In this document: positions 49,601 to 60,199 of the stretch, in pieces | Layout of the letters: every line of letters begins with the position of its first letter | Numbering within the stretch: the first letter of the stretch is position 1 | Assembly: GCA_963790305.1 (NCBI GenBank) | Contig: CAWBOC010000007.1 | Span: 96,001-160,000, forward strand | Length of the DNA: 64,000 nucleotides | Direction: 5' to 3' | Source of the DNA: an uncultured Gemmatimonadaceae bacterium | GTDB lineage: Bacteria > Gemmatimonadota > Gemmatimonadetes > Gemmatimonadales > Gemmatimonadaceae | Position numbers and translations under genes: made by a program | Notes under the pieces: model-generated | Databases searched by the model: none | What the model saw: the letters and a program-made list of their open reading frames with translations, nothing else | What the model was told of the DNA's origin: nothing

Positions 49601-52324
49601 TTACGGCCGCCGTAGCATCTTCTCCAACAGCTCCTGAGCCCGGGGATCGTCGCTCTCGCCGAGGCGCCGCAACGCCCGGATCCGCACCTCCCGATTGGGG
49701 TGCGAGCGCGCCGCCTCCATGAGCGCCGGGATGCCGGCGCCGTTGTCCAGCTCCTCCAACGACTGCAACACCTCATTGTAGACATCTTCCCCCACATCGC
49801 CGGCGAGGATCTCGGTCAGCAGCTTCACCGCGGCATTGGCGGGGGCGTTCTCGGCATACGTCTCGATCGCCTCGCGCTGCACGTCGGGATGCGCGTGACG
49901 CCGCGCGATGGCCGCAACCCGCTCGAGGCTACGCGCGTCGCCCATTTCGCCAAGCGTCTCGACCGCTTCCCGCGCCGCGTCCGGGTCGTCGCCGTCGCGC
50001 GTCAACTCGTCGAGGATGCCGATGACGCTGTCAGTCCCGCCACTTTCGCCCAGCGTTTCGATCGCTTCACGCCGCACGTCTCGGTCAGGGTGCGTCCTCG
50101 CAAACCTGGTGAGCACGGCCACCGCGCCCTCCGTCTTCACCTCACCGAGCGCCTCCACTGCCGCACGCTGCACATCGCTCTCCGCGTCGTTCGTCGCGAT
50201 CGCTTCGAGCAGAGTGACCGCCTCCGCGGCGGGGAGATGCTCGCCGAGCGATTCCACTGCCTCGCGCCGGATGTCGGGATGACCGTGCGTGCGCGCGAGG
50301 TCTCGGACCGCGGGGAGACCGCGGCCGTTCGGCATTTCCCCGAGCGCTTCTACCGCCTCCCGCTGTACGTCGACGTTCCGGTCATCCCGCGCGATCGCGA
50401 GGAGCGCGGCCAGCGCCCGATCGTTGTCTTTCTGTCCCAATCCCTCGACCGCCTCGCGCCGCACCTCCACGTCGTTCGCCGTGCGCGCGATCGCGATTGC
50501 CGAGTCGGTCGACGCGGGTGCGGCGCTGTCGCCAAGCGCCTCCGCAGCTTCGCGCCGCACCTCCCTCTCCGCGTCGCTCCGCGCCGCCCGACTCAGCGCA
50601 TTCACCGCCTCCGCGGTGGGATGGAACCCGAGCCACTCGGCCGCCTGCGCGCGAAAGTCGGCGCGCTCGCGGCCGGTGAGCCAGCCTATCAGAATCGGGA
50701 CTGCGAGATCGCTCGAGCCGTGAATGGCCACGGCCCCGACCATGTCTTCGCGGAGACGGGGGTCCTGCGTGGCGGAGAGCAGTCCCGCGGCGAGCGGGAC
50801 GCTCTCCGCGTCCGCGGCGTCCCCCAGCCAGAACAGGGTGCGATTGGCGAGGTCGACGGGGAGATGGAAGCTGGCGATGTGCACACGCACGAGACGCGAG
50901 CCGTCAAACCCGAATAGCATCGAGATGTCGTCGGAATCGCGGGTGCCGAGCAGCGGGGCCAGCCGCGAGCCGCGGAACTTTAGTCCCTCGAAGTCGCCGA
51001 ACATGCGGCCGCTGAGCGTGACGTTCCGACCGGTCACGCCGATCTCGCGATCGATGTAGACCGAATGCTCGAGCCAGGCCGGCCGCGGGATCCGATAGCC
51101 GATCCAGTACATCCGGCGGTCGAGCCGGCGCGCCTGCGCGTGGGCCCACTCCCAGCGCTGCGTGAGCGGCCGGCTGGGATCGGGGTGCTGGATGACGGTG
51201 TCGACCGCGGTCTGCGTCGTATCCGCGCGCTGTCCTTCCACGAGCGTGATCGGGGAGTTCAGTGAGGGTGCGGACGCGGCGGCGCGCGCGCCCCCCGCGC
51301 CGAGCAGCGCAACCGTGACGGCGATGACGCCGGCGATCCAGGGCGCGGAGATCTCCCGCCGAGTCGAGCCGGGGAGCACGAGCCGCTGCACGCAATGCAG
51401 GAGCGAGCCTCCGCTGGCCGCGAGCGCAAGGTTCGGCGGCTCGCTACGCAGCCGCTCCATGCCGACCAGCGCCGTCGCGTAGACATGCGCATCGCCCGCG
51501 ATCCGCACGACGAGATCGTCGCAGCAGTGCTCGCGCTCTTCGCGGATTCGCCGCGACACCCACCAGACGGCGGGATGGTAGAACAGGAGCGTCTCGACGA
51601 CCGACTGCGCCACGTTCACGAGATAGTCGTAGCGGCGCACGTGGGCCAGCTCGTGCGCGATCAGCAGCTCGAGCTGTTGCGGCGAGAGTCCGGTCAGTGC
51701 GCTTGCCGGCACGAGAATCACGGGACGCAGCCAGCCGACGACGGCGGGCACCTGGATCAGGGCGGACTCGAGCAGCGCGACTGGCCGGCGCACACGCAGC
51801 CGGGCCGTTAGGCGCTCGAGCATCGCGACGAGCGCGGCGGGCGCCGGCGTCGTGCCGTGCGTGCGCAGCGTGCGCGCCGCGGTCCACCCGCGCGCCAATC
51901 GGATCGAGAAGACGACGACGCCGACGACCCAGACGAGCACCAGCCACGGAAGCGCCGGATCGAGCAGCCTCCGAATCCCGGACAGGCGGGTTGCGATCGT
52001 CGCCACCCGAGTCACGGGGGCTGGGGCGGTCGTGACGGCAGCGGCATTGTCGGCCCCACTCTCATCGTCGCGCGTGGTGACGGGCGCTACGCCGGCGTCG
52101 GCCGCCGCGATCGCGACGGCCGGAGGCTGCGCCCGCTGCAAGCGCGCGGCGGTGACGATGGGCAGGACCAGCATCGCGGCGAGCGTCGCGAGGGAGAGCG
52201 CATACCGGGTTCGTGCGGCGGTTTGCCGGGTGACCGCGAGCGCGGCGGCAAGGAGGACGGCCAGCGCCGCGCCTTGCCACAGGAAGTGCACCAGCGCCCA
52301 GCCGAGGGCCTGTGTTGCGTTCAT
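49601..52324 (-). CDS. BlaR1-like M56 metallopeptidase with ~12 C-terminal HEAT repeats
   Basis: LVHFLWQG, HELAH, FYHPAVWW, ERE.CCDD; repeats of V.REAVE.LGE. Confidence 0.9.
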   Translation of the reverse strand: MNATQALGWALVHFLWQGAALAVLLAAALAVTRQTAARTRYALSLATLAAMLVLPIVTAARLQRAQPPAVAIAAADAGVAPVTTRDDESGADNAAAVTTAPAPVTRVATIATRLSGIRRLLDPALPWLVLVWVVGVVVFSIRLARGWTAARTLRTHGTTPAPAALVAMLERLTARLRVRRPVALLESALIQVPAVVGWLRPVILVPASALTGLSPQQLELLIAHELAHVRRYDYLVNVAQSVVETLLFYHPAVWWVSRRIREEREHCCDDLVVRIAGDAHVYATALVGMERLRSEPPNLALAASGGSLLHCVQRLVLPGSTRREISAPWIAGVIAVTVALLGAGGARAAASAPSLNSPITLVEGQRADTTQTAVDTVIQHPDPSRPLTQRWEWAHAQARRLDRRMYWIGYRIPRPAWLEHSVYIDREIGVTGRNVTLSGRMFGDFEGLKFRGSRLAPLLGTRDSDDISMLFGFDGSRLVRVHIASFHLPVDLANRTLFWLGDAADAESVPLAAGLLSATQDPRLREDMVGAVAIHGSSDLAVPILIGWLTGRERADFRAQAAEWLGFHPTAEAVNALSRAARSDAEREVRREAAEALGDSAAPASTDSAIAIARTANDVEVRREAVEGLGQKDNDRALAALLAIARDDRNVDVQREAVEALGEMPNGRGLPAVRDLARTHGHPDIRREAVESLGEHLPAAEAVTLLEAIATNDAESDVQRAAVEALGEVKTEGAVAVLTRFARTHPDRDVRREAIETLGESGGTDSVIGILDELTRDGDDPDAAREAVETLGEMGDARSLERVAAIARRHAHPDVQREAIETYAENAPANAAVKLLTEILAGDVGEDVYNEVLQSLEELDNGAGIPALMEAARSHPNREVRIRALRRLGESDDPRAQELLEKMLRRP

Positions 52325-52707
52325 CGCTTGTCTCCCTTGCGTTGATCGAGCAGTCGTCGGATCTGCTCGAGCTCGTCGCGGCTCGCGGGCGTGGTGGAGA
52401 GCGCCTGGAGGACCAGCGCCATGGACGATCCGCCGAAAGCACGGTCTACGAGATCCGACACGAGCTGTTCCTGGGTCATCGCTTCCGAGACGGCGGCCCG
52501 GTAGACGTGGGTGCGCGCGCGCTCGTCGCGCGTGACCAGGCCTTTGTCGGTCATGATCTGGAGCAGTTTGAGCACGGTGGTGTAGCCGACCGGCTCGCGC
52601 AGCGCTGCGTGCACGTCGCGCACGGTGCTGGGCCCGCGTCGCCACAGGATGCTGAGGATGGCGAGCTCGGCCTTGGTGGGACGCGGCGGCGCTTTGCGCT
52701 TGGGCAT
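52321..52707 (-). CDS. BlaI/MecI/CopY-family repressor
   Basis: EL.IL..LW..GPSTVRDV, YTTVLKLLQIM..KGLV, AFGGS. Confidence 0.94.
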   Translation of the reverse strand: MPKRKAPPRPTKAELAILSILWRRGPSTVRDVHAALREPVGYTTVLKLLQIMTDKGLVTRDERARTHVYRAAVSEAMTQEQLVSDLVDRAFGGSSMALVLQALSTTPASRDELEQIRRLLDQRKGDKR

Positions 52708-52714
52708 GGATGAG

Positions 52715-52766
52715 ACGTTATACGAAGGTCTTCGTGGTGTCAATACGAACGCCTTCGTAATACGAA
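52715..52766 (-). promoter_or_regulatory. promoter and TACGAA-N4-TTCGTR operators of the blaI-like gene
   Basis: Boxes at 52721 and 52744, half-site at 52761; TTGACA-17-TAACGT. Confidence 0.75.
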
Positions 52767-52776
52767 CGCTCTGAAT

Positions 52777-53484
52777 TCAGACGGGCGGAGGGCCCGGCAG
52801 ACCGCCCCGGGCCCCAGCGACCGCTGCGACCGCGTCGCAGAGCGCACGCGCGACCTGCCACCGAGACTCGACCTTCAACCGGGCGAAGATCTGCTCGGCG
52901 TGATTGCGGGCGGTGAATCGGCTGATGCCGAGCCGCCCAGCGATCTCCGGATTCGAGCGCCCCTCGGCAATCAGGAGCGCGACCTCCGCCTGTCGCAGGG
53001 TCAGTCCGCAGGCGCTCATGACCTGCTGAGGAGTGAGCAGCGAGGCGTCCGGCTCCGCGGCCGGGACCGGCGCGGCCGGCGCTGGCTGGACCGACGCCGC
53101 GGCCCGCTCCCGAACGACGCGCCGCCCCATCGCGTCCACCCGCGCCATCAGCTCCAGCGTGCGAAACGGCTTCGTGACGTAGTCGTCCGCTCCGAGGCGG
53201 AACCCCTCGACCTTGTCCGAGTCGGAGTCGCGCGCGGACAGAATGAGGACGGGGCACCAGTGCCCCTCGGCACGCAGACGTGACAGGAGCGCGAGCCCGT
53301 CGAGTCCCGGGATGCCGAGGTCGAGCACGACGATGTCGGGCGGATCGGCGCGCACCATCGCGAGCGCCTGTCGCCCGTCACTCGCGACGCTCGCCTGGTA
53401 TCCCTCGCTGCGGAGGTTCGCCCGGAGCGCGTCGGCGAGGTCGTCGTGGTCCTCGACGATCAGGATGCGCAGACTCAGGCTCAC
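52777..53484 (-). CDS. response regulator (REC + LuxR-type HTH); start approximate
   Basis: ILIVED, LDLGIPGLDG, GADDYVTKPF; LT.RQ.EV..LIAEG.SN.EIA..L.IS. Confidence 0.88.
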   Translation of the reverse strand: MSLSLRILIVEDHDDLADALRANLRSEGYQASVASDGRQALAMVRADPPDIVVLDLGIPGLDGLALLSRLRAEGHWCPVLILSARDSDSDKVEGFRLGADDYVTKPFRTLELMARVDAMGRRVVRERAAASVQPAPAAPVPAAEPDASLLTPQQVMSACGLTLRQAEVALLIAEGRSNPEIAGRLGISRFTARNHAEQIFARLKVESRWQVARALCDAVAAVAGARGGLPGPPPV

Positions 53485-53583
53485 GTCGTGGACGGCGTTC
53501 GGGATGCTGGACAGGGCGGCGGCTGCGGCACGCGACGCAATCTGGCCGAGCCGCTCGACGCGGGCATAGGTCACTGACCCATC

Positions 53584-53783
53584 GAGTGGAGAGCGGGAGT
53601 GCGAGAGTGGGGAGTACGGACCTTGCCTCTCCACTCGCCACTCTCCATTGGGTACGTGACCCATAGGATACTCGCCCGTGCCGGTGCACCTTGAAGGGCG
53701 AGTGGGGCGTGGGAGTGGGAGTGCGGAGTCGACTACTACCTTCCACTGTCCACTCGTCTGCGCCTCCACTCTCAGCCCACTGC
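53584..53783. repeat. degenerate GRGAGTG heptamer inverted-repeat clusters
   Basis: gagtgg/ccactc units forming two hairpins between the divergent RR and HK. Confidence 0.6.
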
Positions 53784-53813
53784 GACAGCTACACTCGCGA
53801 GTCCGCCACTCGT

Positions 53814-55607
53814 ATGCGCCGCGGCAGGGAGACGGTCGCCTGGCTCGCCATCGGCGGAACGCTGGCGGCGATGTTCCTCACGGCGCATCAGGTGCGTCAG
53901 GGCTGGGCGCAGCGGCGCCTCGCCGCGGAGCGCGCCGTACGCGACCACCTGACGACCGCCGCGGTGCTCATCGGCACCGAGGCGGCGAAGATGAGTGCGC
54001 TCGAGCTGCGGGCGCTCCTCTGGCCGGCGCTCGGCACGAACGGATCGGCGAACCCGCGCCCGCTCACGCTCGACGGGTTCGCCCGCGCCGGCGCGGGACA
54101 GTTCGCCGCCATGAGCGACGATCGCGGCGCCGCGCTGCCCGGCTACTTCCGCCTCGCGCGGCGCGGCCGCGGAGAGTGGACGGCCGAGCTGCGCGGCGCG
54201 CTCGCCACCGACTCCGTGTACGCGCGCGCGGTGCTCGACGAGGTCCGTCGCTGGACCGATCGCGTCGACGTCGACAGGCCCGGAGCTGGCATCGCCATCA
54301 TCCACCCGAACGTGCGGGGTGTGCCCTTCGTCGTCGGCATGGCGCCGGAGCGCGGGGCCGACGGGCGCGCCGTCGCCCTGTTCGGCGTCGCGTACGCGCG
54401 CACCGTGGCGCTCCGCACGCACGTCGGGCACGTGCTTCACGGGGTGTCGCTGCTGCCGGCGCCCGCGCGCGAACGGAGCGACAGCACGACGAGCGATGGC
54501 GCTAAGAGCGACGGCACCAAGGTGGACAACGCGGCCCTCGCCGTGCGTCTGCGGTACGCGACAGGGTTGCGAGACGCGGTCTCCCCCGCCGCGGCGGACG
54601 ACGCGGTCTGGCACTCCGGGTTCGTCGCCACGCGCGCCATCGAGGGCCGGGACGGAGGGTTCACGGTGGAGGTGGCCGTGCCGGAGCAGCGTCGGCCGGC
54701 GCTACGTGGAGGCCGCAACGCCGTTAGCGCAGCGAGCGGCTGATGCTCGGCGGCGTGCTGCTCCTCGGCCTCGGGTTCGCCGCGGCCGCGGCGCTCGGGC
54801 TGCGGCGACAGTACAAGCTCGCCGAGGCGCGCAGGACGTTCGTTGCCGCCGTGTCGCACGAGCTCCGCACGCCGCTCGCTCACGTGAACGCGCTGAGCGA
54901 GACGCTGCTGCTCGGGCGCGCGGAGTCGCCGGAGCAGGCGCAGCGCTGGCTCCGCGCGATCCACCGCGAGGGCCGGCGCCTCAGCGTGCTCACGGAGAAC
55001 GTCCTGCTGCACGCGCGCGGCGAGCGACGCGGCATCCGCGCGGCCCCACAGTGGACGGACGTCGGCGCGGTCGTCCACGACGCGGTCAGCCTCGTCGAGG
55101 CGCAGGCGCAGGCACGCTCGGCACGCATCGTCATCGCGCGGCACGGCGGTGGACGGCACGGTGGGCGGCGCCGGCGGCTGGGTCGACGCGGCCGCCGTGC
55201 GACAGATCGTCATCAACTTCATCGAGAACGCACTGAAGTTCGGCCCCGACGGCCAGACGGTGACGGTCACGCTCGACCTCGAGCGCCCGGCGTCCGGCGG
55301 CGCGGGGGGCCTGCTGCGTCTGAGCGTCGACGACGAAGGGCCAGGGGTCCCGCCCGCCGATCGCGACCGGATCTGGCAGCCGTTCGTGCGGCTCGCGGAG
55401 GGGGGAAGCGCGCCAGCAGGCACGGGCCTGGGCCTGAGCGTCGTGCGGCAGCTGGTCGCGGAGCTCGGCGGACGCTGGTCGGTGTGCGACGCGCCGGGGC
55501 GCGGCGCCCGATTCCGCGTCGAGCTGCCGCTCGCCGCGCCCGCGCCCCCGCCCCGTGTCGCGGAGCGCGTGGCGGAGCCTGCGACGTCGTCGCCAGCGCA
55601 GCGATAG
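53814..55607 (+). CDS. sensor histidine kinase, about 3 apparent frameshifts (~54695, ~54740, ~55145)
   Basis: N-terminal TM, second TM, VSHELRTPL, N..ENALKF, D.GPG, GTGLGL. Confidence 0.85.
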
Positions 55608-55643
55608 AGCGTTTGCGCTCGACCGCGCGCTGAGCGCTCGGGG

Positions 55644-56196
55644 ATGATGGGTCACTGCACCATGCCCGCGGTACCGCACGGGCGTAGGATGTGGCTCCCT
55701 CAACCCTGGTGCGTGCCATGCCGCAGTCCCGCCATCTTCCTCGCGCTCCTCACGTTAGTCACGTACGGCTCCGCCGAGGCGCAGGGCCGCAGCCGCGTCC
55801 GACACGCCGCTGCACCTGCCGGCGAGCCGCTTCGAGTTCGTCGCGTCGGGCGACGCGCAACCGCCCGCGAAGCCGCTCCGCGTGCATAACGGCGGCACCG
55901 CGCGGTTCACCGACGTGCGGCTGACGCGGCTCGCGTACGCGGACTCGGCGCGCGGCGCCGCGTGGCTCGTCGCGCTGCCGCGTCAGTCCGCCGTCGCGCC
56001 TGACGAGCTCGCGACGGTCGGCACGCTCTGCGTCGACGCGGCCGGGCTGCCGGCGGGGACCTACCGCGCGACGGCCGCCGTCGCCGCGCGCGAGGTCCCG
56101 GAGCCGGTCGCGATCACGATCACACTCGTCGTGACGGACGCCGGCGCTCGCGCGCGCCACGCGGCCGCACGCTGCGGAACGGCCGTCACGAAGTAG
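55644..56196 (+). CDS. hypothetical secreted Ig-like protein, frameshifted; start uncertain
   Basis: Signal-like LALLTLVTYGSAEAQ; C-terminus GLPAGTYRAT...ITITLVV. Confidence 0.35.
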
Positions 56197-56351
56197 CCTG
56201 AGCACTGGTGACGGGAGGATCGGTGATGAATCGGACGCGTGCGCCGCCTCGGGAAGCCGAGGTCCATCGAGCACCTCTACACCACCGACGCCGGTCGGTA
56301 TCGAGAACGACTTAGCGCACTGCGATCAACCACATGACACGGAGACTGATT

Positions 56352-57020
56352 ATGTCGAAGGTATCTCGTTCGAGCCTCATGGTCCTCTGCGCCGCGCTGG
56401 CGGCGTGCGCCGACAGCGACACGAATCGCACGGTGACTGCCCCGGACGTGCGGACCAGCGTTCAGCGAAGCGCTGGCTGACTCTCAGCGTCGGATACACC
56501 GTGGACGGACCGTTCGAGCTCGCCTTCGGAACCGAGGCCGCATCTACGCAGATGGCCGCTGCTGCGCAGGCCGCGACCGGTGGTCGCGCATCCGGTCACG
56601 TCGGGCTCAACCTCCCCGCCTCCCCTGGGGTCGTGAGCGAGAAGTACTCCTTCGTGGCGCTGAGCGCGGACCCTTCCACGCCATTCGCGGCGAAGGGGCA
56701 GTACGAGATGGAGCTGACGACCGCGACGGGAAGAACGAACAAGAGTCCACGGCGACGTGATCTGCATGGGCATCACCGGTAACACGGCGAGGATCGGCGG
56801 GCAGATCACGAAGCTTTGGGTCAACAACGTTCAGGTTCCGATCGCTGGTCCCACGCACAACATCTGGGTCGTGGTGGACAACGGTGAGGGCCAGGGGACG
56901 CCGGATCAGGTGTCGCTGATGCAGTACACGATCGCGCCGGGCGCGCAGACCCATTGCGCCACGGGCTTACCGTCTGTCGTGTTCTCCAACCAGGAAGGCG
57001 ACGTTCAGGTCAATCCCTGA
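56352..57020 (+). CDS. hypothetical lipoprotein, apparent frameshifts near 56465 and 56745
   Basis: GGAG RBS, lipobox LAAC; joined frames give SGH..., HGDVIC..I.GN.A.IGG, V.DNGEG. Confidence 0.65.
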
Positions 57021-57049
57021 GTGGCGAGTGGGGAGTGGGGAGTGGGGAG
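57020..57049. repeat. GGGAGTG heptamer run
   Basis: agtggcg agtgggg agtgggg agtgggg, starting at the stop codon. Confidence 0.7.
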
Positions 57050-57068
57050 ACTCACACCGGCCAGGCGC

Positions 57069-60032
57069 TTACCCGCTCCCTGCTCGCAGCCGCGCGATCC
57101 GCCGGCGCACCTCCGCGACCCGCGGCTGCAGCTCTGGATCGGCGTCCTTCCACAGCGCGGCGAAGCGCTCGTAGCGCTCGAGCGCCTTCGCCGTGTTCCC
57201 CTTCGCCTCGTACAGCGCGCCGAGCTTCTCGAGCGCAATGGGTAGATAAATGTCGTCCGCCTCAGTGAGGCGGTAGTCGTACCGCTCCGCGAGAAAGCGC
57301 TCGAAGCTGTCGATCGCCGCGTCGGTGTGCCCCGCGGCGGCGTGGATGAAGCCGCGGTTGAAGTTCGCCCCGACGCCCGTGACCAGGGGCCCGCCATCCA
57401 CGTCTCGCGACGCGACCTCCGTCTCGCGCAGCGCGTCCTCCCAGCGCCGCTCGGCGGCGGCGACCCGCGCAAGCGCGGCCGCGCGTGCCGGGCCATCCTG
57501 CCGGCGGAGGCCAGCATCCGTCACCTCGGCGTCGTAGCGCGCGAGCCACCGCTTCGCTTCGGACACGTCCCCGGCCAGGGCGTACAGCCGCGCGAGCCGC
57601 AGGTACGGGCGGTCATCGAGTGACAGTCGTTCGACCGGCCACGACCGGAGCGCGGCTGCGAGCCGCCGCACGACACGCGTCGAGTCCTGCCGAACCCACA
57701 GGTCCTCAGTGGCCAGGTCGAGTGCGTGGAGGAGCGGTGCGCGCTCGTCGCCGGTGCGCGGCCGCACCGTGAGATCTTCCGTGGGGTTGCGTTGGTCGCG
57801 AGCGACGCGCTGGGCCGCCGCCAACCGACCGTGGAGGAGGTCGAGCGCGCGTAGGGAGCGCCGCCCGGTGAGAGCGATCTGGGGACGCGGGGACGACGCG
57901 GCCTCGCGCGCGAGCATCTCTGCGGAGTCGGTCCGCCCGCGCATGTACGCGGCCTGGATGCGGAGGGATGGGAGGAACGGGTAGTCGCCCATGCCCTTCG
58001 CGCGCATCGCCGTCAGCACCGAGTCCACGGCCAACCAGCGCTGCTGGTGCGCGAGGTTGCGGGCGAGCAAGGAGTTCACCATCGCCGCCCCCGGCTCCGC
58101 CGCGACCGCACGCCGGTACGCCGACTCGGCGCGTGTGAGATCTCCGCGACTCCGGTGCAGGTTGCCCAACTGCATCCAGAGGGCCGAGGACGGACTCATC
58201 GCCAGCAGCGACTCGACCGCCGCCTGCGACCGCGCGCGGTCGTAGCCGGGGCTCGCCGGAGCGCCGTGATACGCGGCGACGATCTCGAGCCGCTCGCGCT
58301 CGGGCACGCGGTCGCGGAGCGCGTAGGCGCGCGCGACCACGGCGGGCCCCCGCCGCGACTGGACGCCGGCGTAGGCGTACGTCTTCCACAGTCGCACGTA
58401 CGCGCCTGCGAAGTTGCTGTCGAGCGCGATCGCCCGCTCGAGGTGCGCGGCGGCCGTCGTCCAGTCGCCTCGTTCGAAGGGTCCGTAGCTCGCCGTGTAC
58501 TCGCGCAACGCGTCGAGTGACCCCGTCGTCATGCGGCTGAGCGGCTTTCCGGCGCGCACTGACTTTAGCGACTCACCCATCTTTCCGCGCAGCGCACGCG
58601 TGGCTCGGTCGATGGCCGGGATCAGATCGTCCGGCCCCTTTGCAGTCGCCTGCGCCGTCGCCAACTCGTCCTGCTTCGCCACATCCACCAGGCGCACGGT
58701 GAGGAAGTAAGCTCCGCCGAGCGTGGCGACATCTCCCATCACGACTGCCGCGACCCCCTCGCGCTGCGCGATCTCGCGCGCGACTTCACCGTCGACGCGT
58801 CCGCCGGCGGGACGGCGCATCCGCTGGAGCACGTCACTGACCGTGCCGGCGGAGAGCACGCGCACGGCTTTCGAGTCGCTGAGCCCCGCCCGCACCGCCT
58901 CGGCCACGACGCGGCCGAGCGCGGAGTCGGCACCCGGGACGGTGAAGTCTGCGACGAGGAGCTTCGCGCGCTCGTCGAGCTGTCCCGCGGCGACGAGCGA
59001 CGCCGCCGGGCCAACGCCGAGCTGACGCAGCACCGTGACGCCGACGACGACGGCGACGACGACGGCGAACACGACGAGCGTGTTCCGGAGCGTCCGCGAG
59101 CGAGGGAGCAGACGCGGGGGCCCCTCTTCCAACGCTGGCGCATGGCGCGAAGTCCGCGCGGCGATAGCGCCAGTCGCAATGCTCCCCGCGCCGTCGCCAG
59201 CGGACGGCGTCGCCGGGGGAGCGCTCACAGTCGGCGCCGGAGGGACCGCGTGTCGCATCCTCGCCGCCTCCCCACGTCGCACGCGCTCCGCCAGCGCGAC
59301 GGTCTCGCCCGACGGCTCCTCGTCCAGCTCGGCGGCCAACCGGCGCGCAACTTCCTCGTACGCGCGGACTGCGCCGAGCCGGTCGCCGGCGTCGTCGAGT
59401 AACGTCATCAGCCGGCGGAGCGCCGACTCGGTGCCGGGCTCGAGCTGCAGCACGGTGCGCAGCCGCTGCACGGCGAGCGCGTTGTGCCCCGCGCGCTCGG
59501 CCTCATCGGCCATGGAGGTCGCCGCGCGCACCGCCCGCGCCCGCAGGCGCGATCGCTCGCCCTCGAGCCACTGGTCGAACTCGGGGGCGACGCCAGCGGC
59601 GTGGAAGCCCTCCAGTAAGTGACCACGGTAGAGGTCGAGCGCTTCTTCGGGTCGGCCGACGTCGAGCGCACGGTCGAACTCACGCACGTCGCACCAGATG
59701 GCCGCGAAGTCCAGACCGACCTCATCGCCGCCGCGGATCGCCAGCAGGTCGCGGCCGAGCGTCTGTCGCAGGAAATGCAGCGCCTGGCGGAGCGACCGGC
59801 GCGCGTCCTCCTCGGTCGACTCCGGCCAGAAAAGCGCGAGTAGCGAGTCGCGACGATGGAGGCGCGGCGGGTTCGCGCAGATCAGGTAGGTGAAGAGCGC
59901 CAGCCGCTTGGGCTGCACGAGCAGCGCGCGCAGCTCATCGCCTCGCGCGTTGTGCAGGTCGAGCGACCCCAGAGCGCGGAAACGGATCACCGACCCGGCG
60001 ACAGGCGGAGCGAGCGGGGTGTTATCTGACAA
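57069..60032 (-). CDS. SARP/BTAD transcriptional activator with TM, TolB-N-like and TPR domains
   Basis: LG.L.L, QPKRLAL, RRD.L...FWP, LYRG.LLEG; TM; C-terminal LWKDADPELQP. Confidence 0.88.
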   Translation of the reverse strand: MSDNTPLAPPVAGSVIRFRALGSLDLHNARGDELRALLVQPKRLALFTYLICANPPRLHRRDSLLALFWPESTEEDARRSLRQALHFLRQTLGRDLLAIRGGDEVGLDFAAIWCDVREFDRALDVGRPEEALDLYRGHLLEGFHAAGVAPEFDQWLEGERSRLRARAVRAATSMADEAERAGHNALAVQRLRTVLQLEPGTESALRRLMTLLDDAGDRLGAVRAYEEVARRLAAELDEEPSGETVALAERVRRGEAARMRHAVPPAPTVSAPPATPSAGDGAGSIATGAIAARTSRHAPALEEGPPRLLPRSRTLRNTLVVFAVVVAVVVGVTVLRQLGVGPAASLVAAGQLDERAKLLVADFTVPGADSALGRVVAEAVRAGLSDSKAVRVLSAGTVSDVLQRMRRPAGGRVDGEVAREIAQREGVAAVVMGDVATLGGAYFLTVRLVDVAKQDELATAQATAKGPDDLIPAIDRATRALRGKMGESLKSVRAGKPLSRMTTGSLDALREYTASYGPFERGDWTTAAAHLERAIALDSNFAGAYVRLWKTYAYAGVQSRRGPAVVARAYALRDRVPERERLEIVAAYHGAPASPGYDRARSQAAVESLLAMSPSSALWMQLGNLHRSRGDLTRAESAYRRAVAAEPGAAMVNSLLARNLAHQQRWLAVDSVLTAMRAKGMGDYPFLPSLRIQAAYMRGRTDSAEMLAREAASSPRPQIALTGRRSLRALDLLHGRLAAAQRVARDQRNPTEDLTVRPRTGDERAPLLHALDLATEDLWVRQDSTRVVRRLAAALRSWPVERLSLDDRPYLRLARLYALAGDVSEAKRWLARYDAEVTDAGLRRQDGPARAAALARVAAAERRWEDALRETEVASRDVDGGPLVTGVGANFNRGFIHAAAGHTDAAIDSFERFLAERYDYRLTEADDIYLPIALEKLGALYEAKGNTAKALERYERFAALWKDADPELQPRVAEVRRRIARLRAGSG

Positions 60033-60199
60033 TTAACGCTCCCTTGGCGCGGAGCTAACGCGGCGCGGCAGTTTCTCGCGGTGACTGGGACGTGTGGATG
60101 AAAAACGGAAGAATGGCAGACGATAGTGCCCGCGGGATGCCGAGGCAATCGCGCAGTCGGAGCGGGCTGGGCAGCTTCGTACCGAACAGGAGGTGGTCT

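Noticed and set aside
49601..52707. Beta-lactam resistance locus
   Set aside because: No penicillin-binding sensor domain and no beta-lactamase or PBP nearby
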